Assembly: GCA_027604505.1 (NCBI GenBank)
Contig: JADIIX010000171.1
Location: forward strand, 1-39,898
DNA: 39,898 bases
Direction: 5' to 3'
From: Gonapodya sp. JEL0774
Lineage: Eukaryota
Each line of letters opens with the position of its first letter. Within the stretch, counting starts at the first letter, position 1. This document shows positions 1-11,992 of this stretch, piece after piece. The translations under genes were made by a program, and so were the position numbers. The notes under the pieces are model-generated. The model made no database searches. It saw only the letters and a list, made by a program, of their open reading frames with translations, and was not told the DNA's origin.

Positions 1-2371
1 GTGTTCGAGGTGTAGAATATATTTGCTATCTACGCGGCGCAGCTAAACCCTCACACATTGACCCGTTCTGTCACACTTCTTCATCAGTATTCTTAACGAC
101 CACTCTTCTGTAGTTCAATCCTCGCCATATATCAATTTGTTTGAGACCAGTGGTGCTGTAGGCGAGGAGAGGACAACTTTGTGAGTCCACTATTGGGTGA
201 GAAGGAGTGGTTCAATAATGTGCTGACCTCATTGTTGTCGTTATTTTGCTCTAGTGCATTCCCCATCCCCAACAACACATCGCATTTCTACAACTACCTC
301 TAACTCGTATTCCATGACATTTACCAAGCAATATCCCTTGGGCGCGACATGAACGAGATTGATGCTCATCTGAATCACCAGAAGCAAGTACACATCCAAC
401 GTTCTGGCACAAGGAGTCTCACTCATTTTTCATCCTCTGTAGAAATATTGATGTTGCGCCGTGGCGGCAGTCAGAATGCTTGGAAGGGGGAGAACAGGAA
501 GCAGGGGTTGTGTCAGCTGTCGCAGGAGACCAAATTCTTGTTTACCCCCTGGCCTTTGACATACTCTGCCTCCTCAATGTGTACTCCAGATGTGTGGGAG
601 CCTACGTACAGAGGACAATGTGTGGGAGCACCTTAACATTTTGTCACCTCAAGTTGGGGGGGTGAGGTCTGAGGACCAGTGATGAAGATTGTATTTCACT
701 CTGATGGTGTTGTATTTTCCTCCATACTGATATTTTGTTGGAATGGAGGACAAGCGGCAGAGAGAAGCACAAGGAGCGTCATGTCACGACACTGAAGTCG
801 AGTCAATGTCTGGGTGAGTGAATGAGTGTTCATTTTATTTAATGTTCTCACCACTTACTGAATCTAATATTTTGCAATCAGGTCAAGTTTTGGGCGGTGC
901 CTATGGTATCTGGTCAAGTTGACAATCAACCTTTGTCCTTTGGGGACACTTATCAGCTCTTCCTTACGGCATTGGTTGTTTTACTGAGTTTTGTACCTCA
1001 CACAGAAGTTTGCATGATCTAATAGCCCATGTGCCTTTTGAACACAAGTGAGTCCAAACATTATGGATCAAGCCACACTGTTCATTTTGCTGGATTCCAT
1101 GTTTTCTCCCAGTGGACTGTCTACATTAGAACACTTAACGGGAGTCACAAAATGGTTGGACATCAGAGAAGGGAAGCTATCGAGGACACTGGTGACCACA
1201 AATGACGCTCAGGGGAACTTTTTCTATTTTGCTGCTCTGGGGGATTTCTTTGCTCTTAAGCCGTTACAGAACCTCGTGGTAAATCTTCAGTTCTGCACTC
1301 ACTTCTTGATTTGGGTGGTAACAATAATTGCTGCATTGAAAGGGAACTGTGGACTATAAAAGAATTCAGAATTTCCTCACATAAAAAAGTCTTTGGCCTG
1401 CCCCCAAAAGTGGGGTTCCTGGCCCAGAGCTTGATTAGGCAAGGAGATTTGGTCCAAATTAACTGACAGTTCTGGAAAGTTGTAAGACCCCGAATGGTAA
1501 GAGAATCTCTTCTATTCTATTTATATGGAAGCACTGGTGACTCTATTCTGACAGGAACACGCGAGATGCTGCGCTTATTCTTACCCGAGGGTTGTTTGCT
1601 GTGTGGAAGTTGGTGAAGTTTTCCTTCCCTATTGCCACAACCTTCCATGAATTCGGGAAGTGAAAGCCTCCTCATTCCTACCTTAATTGCCTAGATAAAG
1701 TATCTTGCTAATTTTGGTCTTTGTAGAGCTTATCAAGTCATCTTCACAGGAGAACAGCGGAGTTGTTATGGATTCATCTGAAATGATTGCCACCCACTGC
1801 CATCGAAGGGATCCCATCTCGGTCGCGGGGCGGAATGCGTCACCTGACTCGGGAGCCCGCCGGTGGGTGTTTGGTCGGAGCAGTCACAAAATCGTCAATT
1901 TCAAGTCGTCATTATTGGGTGTGTACGTTTGTTGTTTGGTCCCTGTTTTTGCGTTTTTGTTGGATGGGATTCCCAGGGATCAGAAAGAAGTCGTCACAGA
2001 GCTTGCCTGTGGAGCGCTAACGTTCTTGAGTTGTTGGGTTCGGACTCCGAAACGAGTATCGGGCTCAGAGATGCTTGATGTTGCTGTACAACACAGAACA
2101 TTGAAGCACATCTATCCGCTATTGCGGATACATTCTTCTCAGAATATTAAATGAAACCAATGAAAATTCTGAGCGAGACAGAATAATCTGGCAATTCTTC
2201 ACCATAATCCCTATTCCACTTCTCTACAGCAGATTAACCAAAACAGAAAAATTGACCTTGTGCGGAACTTTTCCCTGTTTCTTCGACTTGTGTGTTACGT
2301 AAAAAAATTCCGGATATGTACGACTGTCTTGCCTCTTGGCAAATGCTTCCGATCTCGGCTCGGTGAAATAC

Positions 2372-3979
2372 ATGGGACATGACTTTCAATCTTCTCCCAC
2401 GCCCAAACCAATGTCCAGCTCCAACGCATCATCCAAACCCAGAATTTTCTACCCGGGTGGTCTTCGACCGCGCGCCATTGAAAAACTGAGAGGGGATCAG
2501 ACTGTGATCGTGGTTGGAGTACAAAAGGATGGCATACCCAGGTAAGCCGGAGTGACCGACCAAGCGGACGAGGCCAAGGGAGAGAACCCTTGCATTTTCG
2601 ATGTAAATTTGATTTTCTGCACGGATGTGGTAATGTGGTTCGTGGCGGACTTGTTCTAAACAGGGCAGAGCTGTTGAAGATGATGCGAGAGCAACAGCCG
2701 ATCCATGGCATCATTGGATACATGAACCCCATTAACGATGAGGTCCTCGATGCGTGTGGATCTGAGCTGAGAGTGGTGTCCACGCCGGTGAGTTCCTGGT
2801 TTGAGCGCTGGCAGCATGGCGGGCATTGCACCTGCTGCCATGTATTCACACAATCACGACCCGAAAAATACAAGTTACCCTCAACTACCACTTTCATTCT
2901 TAGTCCGTCGGATTCGACCACATTTCTGTTCCCCTCCTCGCCGCGCGCAACATCAAGCTTGGACACACACCATCTATCCTGAACCATGCCGTCGCAGAAA
3001 CGTGTGTGCTGCTCGTCTTGGCGACACTGAGAAAGTGGAATGGGATGCAGAGGGTGATCAAGTCGGGGGACGTGAGTGGCGGGGGAGACACGTGAGGGGT
3101 TTTGGTGGATCTGTGGGGCTGACCATAATATGGCCGGTATGGGTTCTTGGTTCTTGTTCCATTCGGTCAGTGGTCTCTGCAATCCGTGTGAGTACAACTT
3201 TGGCATTATTTAAACCAACCTTGAACCTTCAGCGACATTGATACCCCCACCATGATATTCCAAAGCCCGCACGGTAACGATCTCCGTCACATGAACGTTG
3301 GCATCTTTGGTCTCGGTCGCGTCGGCCAAGAATGCGCCGCGCGTCTCTCGGCTTTCGGCTGCACCATCCGATACTCCGATATACGTCCCGTTCCACAAAC
3401 CGCCATCGCAGGGAACAATACGGGGTCCCTCGAATACGTACCTGGCTTAGATCTCCTTGCAGAAAAGTCTGATCTTTTGGTTGTGGCGTGTGATTTGAAC
3501 GACAGCACAAGGGGCATTGTCGGAGAGAGTGTGCTAAAGAAGTTGAGGGGCGGCAACGGTGGGTGGCTTGTGAATATCGCAAGAGGCCCTGTGGTGGATC
3601 AGGAAGCGCTGGTGAGGGGGTTGAAGGAAGGCTGGGTTCAGGGTGCAGGGTTGGATGTAAGTGGTGACAATTTGCGAGTGGAGCTTGTTATGTTGGATAC
3701 GTATTTTCCTCACATAGGTGATGGTACCGGAACCGCTACCCGTGAACCACGAGCTGCAGACTCTCGAGAACGCGGTGCTCTTGCCACATCAAGGCACTGC
3801 GACGGTCGAAACCCGGTGAGAATTTATCGGGTGTTCGTCATCACTTGCAATGACTTAACTTCGCTTCTATTGGCGAAACTCTCAGTGACGCGATGGCGTT
3901 TATGTGCGTTGAGAATGGACTCAGGGGGGTACACGGTCAGATGATGCCTGCCAGTGTCGACATGTCGCGGTACAAGTAG
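2372..3979 (+). CDS. D-isomer-specific 2-hydroxyacid dehydrogenase (glyoxylate/hydroxypyruvate reductase-like), multi-exon
   Basis: Spliced exons give [28 protein letters not shown], Rossmann [38 protein letters not shown] and [13 protein letters not shown], ending at TAG 3977-3979. Start could be ATG 2372 or 2411. Confidence 0.9.
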
Positions 3980-4358
3980 TACATCATGTAACCAACCTGC
4001 AAAAGAGAACAGTGTTTGTCGCTCACAATTTGCTATGTATGTGCTCGAATAATCGCCTTGTGCGAACATGCCGTTTCACACTTTCCCTGGTGTGTCTGTG
4101 GTCACTATCGTTGCACGACGAGTCACCGGAGACAACGATCCTCCGGATGGTTAGCTCAAAAGCCAGCGTTTTGGGGGATTCCCGAGGCTGAAGCTGCAAA
4201 ATCTCAATCTCAAAGAGATTATATCGTTTTTTTGTTCCCTACAGTCTTAATTCAACGGTGTTCGCAGAGGTGAATCGGAAACATTTTGGCCGATGTTGAA
4301 AAGCAATTCTAACACATCATTCCACAACTCTCCTTTTGTGCCGTCTTGCAGTTTCACC

Positions 4359-6277
4359 ATGGCCATCATCGTCGACTTGTTTTCCTCCCTCTCCCCACTC
4401 AGTGTTCTCTTCGCCGTCTTGGCACTCGTCGTGGCCGTTCTGGTATTCGCGAGCATATCAGGCACACTGTCGTCCGACCAAGCGTCGAAACTCGCGAAGA
4501 TTGATCCAAACCATCATTTATCCGTAAGAGTTTTCGAGGACGGAAAGGCTAGAGAGGTTGCAGACAAGTTTGACTTGAGGAAGTTGCCGGATGACTTCTT
4601 CAAGGACCCGTTCAAGGTGAGCTTTTCACAACTAATGTTGCCAATTACGCTTGGTGGCGTGGGAGCTATTGCGTGTCCTTTGCCAACCGGATCATGGAGT
4701 GAACCCAGTCTCTCCTCACCTCTGTTTCTTTCAAAAGTATTATCACGCCCTCCGCACTTATGCGCCCATCAAGCAAATGCCCGATGGCTCTTACTTTTTA
4801 TCACGCTATGCGGATATCGTACAAGTCTACAACAATGCACGTGCTTTCTCCTCAGACAAAAAGATCGAGTTCGCCCCGAAGTACGGAGCGAACAGTCTTC
4901 TTTTTGAACATCATACAACCAGTCTCGTGTTTTCCGATCCGCCTTATCATACGAGAGTCAGAAGACTTCTCGTTGGGGCACTGAGTCAGCGGGCGATTGA
5001 TGCCATGGAACCGGGGCTAATCAGGAGAGTGGATGAATTGTTAGATATTGCAGAAAAGAAGAGAAATGTTGGTACGTGACTTTGCCAGCGTAAATCAGTT
5101 GACTGGTCTTGGCGGATTTTACAACGAACCCGAATGCAGACATAATTGAAGACTTCGCGTCTGCCATCCCAATTGAAATTATTGGTAATCTCCTCGACAT
5201 CCCTCATTCCGAGCGTGAACCCCTCCGCCAGTGGTCACTCGATATTTTGGGCGCCCTCGAATCGAGCCTGACGCAAGACCAGTTGGAGAGGGGCGAAAAA
5301 AGCGTTAAAGAGTTTTTGGAGTATCTGAAGGGTTTAATTGCGAGGAGACTAGAGAAACCGGGTAATAGGGATACCGACATGCTCACGAGATTAAGTGAGT
5401 GCTCTTGACCTTTGATGAGGAGACGGTACACATGATTTAATTTGACCAACGTAGTGCTCGGAGATTCGACCGGCGAAAAATTCACGGAAACAGAGCTCAT
5501 GCAAAACTGCATATTTCTATTGAATGCCGGACACGAAGTGAGTACATTTTGGGTGTTAGCATCTTCACATACAAGTCTCGTTCAAACTTTGTCTGGTTTG
5601 CAGACCACAACGAACCTCATCGGAAACTCTCTGGTGATGCTCGCCGAGTGGCCAGATCAGAAGAAGTTCCTTCTTGACAATCTGAACGACATGGATGTCA
5701 TCAAAACTGCAGTGGAAGGTGAGCACAGATATTGCTGTGATTGTCCCAACCGGATTGAAGAGGTCAGGCTCATACGTCCTTCGATAATCGCACACGAAAC
5801 GATAGAGTTCTTGCGTTTCGAATCATCGAATCAACTGGGTAACCGCCGAACAACACAAGAAGTGACGGTTGGTGGTGTAAAAATGCCGATTGGCACTCTA
5901 GGTGAGCAAGCCTGGCTGTATCCATGTTTCCGCAATCCCAACCACCGTTTCTGACGTCAATTATTTGTACGCGGACAGTGACCATTGGTATGGGGGCAGC
6001 CAATCGAGACCCCGACCAATTCCCGGATCCTGATGTACTGGACTTGCAACGAGCTCGGAACAAGCATGTCGCGTTTGCGTCAGGAATCCATCAGTGTGCT
6101 GGAATGAACCTTGCCCGTTTAGAAGGTCGGATAGCGGTGCAACGTTGGCTCAAGAGGTTCCCTAATTATATTTTGACGAGCGAACCAGAGCGCAACCGGA
6201 GGGCGCGTTTTCGGGGGTTTGGACGTGTCAACTGCAATGTCCATGGTGAGGGAAAAGAGTATGTTAGGGACTATTAG
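4359..6277 (+). CDS. Cytochrome P450, bacterial class-I-like core with N-terminal membrane anchor, 7 exons
   Basis: Exons approx. 4359-4616, 4738-5071, 5140-5394, 5455-5537, 5604-5718, 5806-5901, 5979-6277. Motifs DPPYHTRVR, I-helix NAGHE|TT, E|EFLR, AANRDP, heme loop FASGIHQCAG; hydrophobic N-terminus VLFAVLALVVAVLVF. Confidence 0.93.
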
Positions 6278-6528
6278 TTATTGAGATACCTTGTAGTGTG
6301 GCGTGCAAATATTCGACATTTAGTTACAGCTGGATTGAATTTACAGGTCAAGTGAAGAGGTGGACACCAATATAGAGTCTTTAATAAACTTTGGATGACA
6401 GTGTGATACATTCTTGGCGGGCTGAACATAAGTGACGCTCCGCCTTCAAGGTATTATTCGTTTCGTAGCGCACATTCAACAGCCGAGAGTCATCGAACTA
6501 AACCCCAGCGAAAAGAGAGTCTCTGAAG

Positions 6529-9421
6529 ATGGAACGCACTCTTCATGGACTGATTTTCCTGGCGGTCCTCGCGGTTCTAGTTACCCCCTATCACACCGTA
6601 TCGGCAGCTTTGTCCCCCGCTGCCACCAAAGCGCAGGGCGTCGCCACGTACCAACAGCTTCTCAATTTCTCACTCTTTTTTTTTGACGCACAAAAACTGG
6701 GGACCCTCCCACCTGATAACCCATTCTCTTGGTGAGTGTCCGCGGCAGATAATCGCATTAGCCGATGGGCAATATTGCATCGCACACACCAGAGGGTATC
6801 ATGGAGCGTTCGCTTGGTACATGGCGGGTGTCATCGGACACCGGTGTTGGTCACTGGCATCGTAGCCCTTGACGCTGCAAAGCTCAACATTCGAGGTCAC
6901 CTTCACCGTTTCTGCCCCTTTTGACCCTCTCCATTTCTTCAGGCGTCGGTCAGCAGTCGAACTGGATGGCGGGGACTCGAAAGTTGACCTGGGAGGAGGT
7001 TACGCCGATGGCGGAACATACCTCAAGTGCACTTTCCCGCTCGCTCACGCGACGACAATGATGGCATGGGGTGGTATTGAGTTCTGGGACGGGTACTCCA
7101 AAGCTGGACTTGGTGATAAACTCATCGCGGTTTTGAAGTGAGTCACGTGGTGTGTCTCCTTGCGTTCAATGCTCACGGGTTGAAGGTTCTTCTTTGACCT
7201 GAAGGTGGTCCACCGACTACCTTCTCAAGGCCTCGGCGACACCTACTCTGTTGTTCGTTCAGGTTGGAGATCTTGGCGTGGAGTCTGGCAACTGGGGAAA
7301 CGATTCCTCCATTCCGACACCCCGCCCGTCTTTTGCCGTGGCCACCACAAACGCGACCGACATCGTGGCAGAAACCGCTGCCGCTCTCGTGTCCGCAGCG
7401 TCTCTCTTTCGACTTCATTCCTCCCTTCCTTCGAACTACTCACAAGCGCTTCTCGCGCGCGGCCTTAACTTGTATGCTCAGGCGTACAACTCCACCTCAC
7501 GACAGCGATACCAGGACTCTGCACCAGCTGCTTCTGGCACATATCCGTCTTCTGGGTATGATGACGAACTCATTTGGGCCACTGCTTGGTGCACCTACGC
7601 GACTCAGGTGTTCGCTTTCAATTCGACCAATACACCTTTAAGCAACACAACGGGCAACGCGACAGCACCAGTTCCCGCCGAAAATCTTACACGAGATCTT
7701 CTCGCCTCTCGTACACTTTCACTGTATTCCACCGCATCTTGGAGCAACAGCACATCTTACTCTCCACCATTTTGGGACAACAAGATTCCTCAAATCTATG
7801 TTCTTCTACATCGACTTTTGAACATCACTCAGCGTGCCGATGAATGGGTTGCACCGCTGTATCAAACTACGAATGCAACTGCGCGTGCAGGCTTCTTCAC
7901 CCCTGGAGGACTGGTCTTCTGGGCGGGAGCCAGTGATACCTACTCATCCCACATCGCCTCGGAGGTTGCGTTTTTGAGCTTTGTCCTCGCAAAGGGTATG
8001 AGAGAACTCAACAGGAGTGGCGCAGATGCCGTGGAAAGCGTCGGAGTATTTCAACTTGGGTACCTATTGGGGAACAACCCCGCAGGTATCCCTTATGTGA
8101 GTGCTCGACACCACTACGTCATCTAATTTGTGTGTCACGGTGTGCTTTTCGTTTCCAATTCTTATCCAGGTTACTGGGATCAACTCTCTCTCACCTCTCC
8201 GCGCGTCTCATCGCCCTTCCTCCGGCATCAGTTCTCTAGCGTGCGCACTCAATTCGACTTCCCCCAATTTTTACCAACTGAGAGGAGCTCTGGTCGCGGG
8301 GCCAGATTCAAGAGATGGGTTCTCGGATGTCCGCGCAGCTTGGCAAGGTGGTAATCAGGTGCGTGACTTGATCGGTTCACAGCCGAGGGATCAACGGTCC
8401 GTTGGCGAACTTTGACAGACATGAAACTGTTTTGTACATCACGTGTCGCAAGCCCACTATCGTCGCGCAATCTGGCTACACCTCCGCTCTCGCCTACATT
8501 CTCCAGCAACCCGCATCATCACCGAATTTCCCACTGCTACCAGAAGTCTCTGCCGATATTCAACTTACTTTTTCGGACCCATGCGCCCCCCTTTCAAGCT
8601 CAGCCACTCCTCCTCCTCCTCCTCCTCCTCCTGCAGTAGATTCTGGAAGTAACAGGACCGCCATCGGAGCGGGTGTAGCCGCTGGTGTGGTAGTCGTTGT
8701 CCTGATGGGAGTCGCTGGCATCATCATGTACAATCGCCGGAAGAACATTGATGCAGGGGAGTCTGCCGTGCTTGGATCCTTTAGCAACAGAGAAATCGAG
8801 GTGAATGAACATGGACATGCAGCGGAACCTACGAATCACGACGGCGATGGTGCGTTTAGTGATAGCGGGACGCTTGTGGACAGAGGAAGCATGGACTTGG
8901 ACACAAGGCTAGCCATCGCAAGATCCCTAACGCCGAACGTGGGGACTGTGGAAACGCCAACCGGACAAGTTCCCGAGAGGCCTGTTTCGCCACGAACCAG
9001 AGCCCGGGAGGCATATCTAGAATCTCTTCAAACTCCGACGTGGTCAGGTTCGCTTGGGACAACTGGGGGTCAGCGTAGGAGATCTGGACGAGCACCGAAC
9101 CGCAATACATCGGGGAGAGAGCGCAGAACGCGAAGCACTGCGGAGGACACTGCTGGCGGAAATCAGACAACAAGCAGTGGGATTTTATCGTCGACCCTCG
9201 GGTCGCTGGGTTTGGGCCGAGTTCGAAGCATCCTTGGTCAGTCGAGAGTACCAGCTGCTGCGAGTGATGCGAATACCGCGTCCACAATTGAGCTCCTAAC
9301 GTCGGATGTTGAGACGACTGGCGATTTACCTCCTGCCCCCAATTCCACCGAAGTTGTAACGGCAAGACAATTGTCAGGTGAAAACGCGGCAGTGCTCTCT
9401 GCGGAGCAAAGGGAGCATTAG
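6529..9421 (+). CDS. Type I membrane protein: signal peptide, GH9 (cellulase-like) ectodomain, Pro stalk, TM helix, disordered tail
   Basis: GH9-type motifs across exons: SLFFFDAQKLGTLP, DLGGGYADGG, QVGD, ETAAALVSAAS, YPSSGYDDELIWA, FWDNK, QLGYLLGNNP, GALVAGPDSRDGFSDVR. TM AIGAGVAAGVVVVVLMGVAGIIMY followed by NRRK. Confidence 0.85.
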
Positions 9422-9881
9422 CATGCACATATGGTGGTTTGGTTGAGGATCCAAGCTTTGGGTGGTTTTTCAGGGAATGATGGGCAATATCTCATTCGTG
9501 GGGAAACTGTGATCAATTGTGGACACCCACCAGGTTATCAATGAATGTGATCTCTAGTTCTCAATGATTTTATTCTATTTATTTCTACGTAACTATTTTT
9601 ATGATGTGTGCTATTTCATCGGGTAATAGAGCCAAGTATGTGAGGAATCGTCCTCGTAGGCAAAATCAAATTTATGGTCCCCGCATATATTCGGTCTAAG
9701 CGTTCGTCTTGGGCAGTCTGTGTTCAGAAATTCATTATAACATCGTTGCATGGTTGCATCAGATCGTCCTGCCCTGAGCCCTCCCTGGCCGCCAAACCCC
9801 TTTTGCGGCAGATGAAACTCGGGGCAGCGACATCCCAAATACAAGTTCAAGAGCTGGCGCTTTTCTCTTGACCACCTCGCG

Positions 9882-11626
9882 ATGACTTCGCGAATGTACC
9901 AGCGCTCACTTCGGCGGAGTCGATTAGTGATCCCTTTGCTGGCATGTGTGCTGATCATCCTGAATTTGCGGTTAACTCTCGGCCAAGTCATGTCCGTGAA
10001 TGGCTGCGTTTGCACGACGCCATGCACGGGTGGAGTCAATGCTGCCACGGGAAATATGGAATTTGTGAGCCTTGCAGTGCCCGTTTCTCCTAAACGACGT
10101 GGAACTGACATCCACCGTCCTATACGGACAGTTCTGTTTCACTGCCGCTACATGTAGAAACGCTATGCTGACTGCAGATCGAAGAACCTGGGATTTTTGT
10201 GTACCAGTGAGTCATTGGGGTTTTGCGTGGTTATTGGCGTGGATGCCCTGTGTGCTCAAATACCGAATCATCACGAAAGACGTCCTCCACTCTCACAGTG
10301 CAAAGAAGCTCCTCCAGTCTTGCAGCTTCGCGCTCTTCTTCACGCTCGACCGCCGCGATTCGTACAACAAGCTCTGCAGTGTTGACATCACAGGCCCCAA
10401 AACCTCCTCCCTCCCCTACCCCCATTGTGGCATCCACAGGCATACGAGTATCTGTCGGCAAACCATCACAAGCCTCAAAACCGACTTTCACCTCCTCTGC
10501 CGCTGCCGCTGACTTGGCTGCTGCGGCGACGTCCAACCGTATTGTCATGGGGTCAATTGTTCCGGATACCATGATGTCCACTGCCGCGCCAGCTGCTGCT
10601 GGGAGCAGTGCTACGATTGTCGGCATAGTAGTTGCACTGCTTGTCATGGCGGCTGTTGCGGGTCTTGTGGCACTCGTGGTGGTGAAGAGGCGTCACGACA
10701 GACGGGATCGAGAGGACACATTCGACCCAGCAAGATATGGATACGCAGTTTCAGGTCATTCATCAACTCAACGTCGCGATTGGGCGCAGTCGGCACGCTT
10801 TCCCGGGGATCCTCGTACTGGTCCTCCGATTAATATCCTCGTCTCCAAACGGCCAACCGATCAACGAAGGGAGCAACGCCCTTTCCCTGCCGAACTCACG
10901 ACCCAAACGCGCTCCGGCACCTCAGATCGTGGACCAAAGGCGAGAGACATGTCGCTTCCCCCAGGTGTTTTGTCAGCTGGTAGACGTGATGTGCAGGAGT
11001 CGCGCACTCGGCTTGGCGAGAGACCTCCTGCACCACCACCAAAGGGAATCAACGTAATAGCTGCAGAGGGCGGGATTATGCCGCACGAGGTGCCGCGTGC
11101 CTCAAATCGCAGAGGGTCGGCGGGAGATACACGTCCAATCGGAACAGACACTGTCGGGCACCGGAAGGTGCCTGCTTCACGAACGAGAAGTGATGACCCA
11201 ACATTGAATGCAATCAACTCTAAAGGGTCTGTAGATGTGCGAGGTCCACCGCCATCTCTTCCTCCTCTCGCTTCTTTCACATCTGATGCAACGCCTGCAA
11301 AGGGCACTCTTCCGTGGAAGACCCGTTCAGATCCGGTTGTCCCCACGCAGACACTAACTCACGGTGGTGGGAGCGACGCAAGCACTGGTCGGGATGTCTC
11401 GTTGGGCCCTTCACCACCGGAGACATCAACAAAAACGTACCTCGTTACTGGTGGCTACGAACCTCGTCGCATAGGCGGTATGCGATTGAGACCAGGACAG
11501 CGTGTTGTAGTTTGGGAGCGATATGGTGATGGATACGTTCTTGGCAGAGACGTGGCCACCGGGGTGGAAGGGGTCTTTCCGGCAACTTGCCTGGACGGTT
11601 TTGACGAGAAGGCGGACATTCCGTAG
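9882..11626 (+). CDS. Single-pass receptor-like protein A: Cys-rich ectodomain, Ser/Thr/Ala stalk, TM, Pro-rich tail, C-terminal SH3
   Basis: Exons 9882-10064, 10132-10206, 10280-11626 (phase 0). Signal LVIPLLACVLIIL; GCVCTTPC..|FCFTAATC..WDFC; TM IVGIVVALLVMAAVAGLVALVVV-KRR; SH3-like YEPRRIGGMRLRPGQRVVV..DGYVLG..GVEGVFPATCL. Confidence 0.8.
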
Positions 11627-11992
11627 TTGCTGTAACTTGTATTCCAACTCGGATGTTTTGAATACATTAAGCGCCCCCAAAAATGTGGGCGATACCCGGT
11701 ATCAGTTGTGCCAATGCCGAGGGAATCAGGGGCACACTGACCTTTCTCTGATCTCTGATCAAAACCTGCAAAGATCTCACCAGGGAAAGAATCAAAGAGT
11801 CCAGAGTAACGCATTTAGATTTAAATGTTTACCAAATTATAATGCCAGCATCAATTTTCTGTGTTTTGTTCGGTGACGAGAAATTAATTCATTCATTCGG
11901 CCTTTGGTGCCACAGATCGGGTGAGGGGGGCTGTTTCTGCAGTCTTTCTGGCTTCCTACCCACAATCACCAGAGCGACCGTTTCAGGTGGGA

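Noticed and set aside
1705..2154. 149-aa ORF
   Set aside because: Non-ATG start and no motifs; probably spurious.
2295..3206. 303-aa minus-strand ORF
   Set aside because: Antisense shadow of the dehydrogenase; no recognisable motifs.
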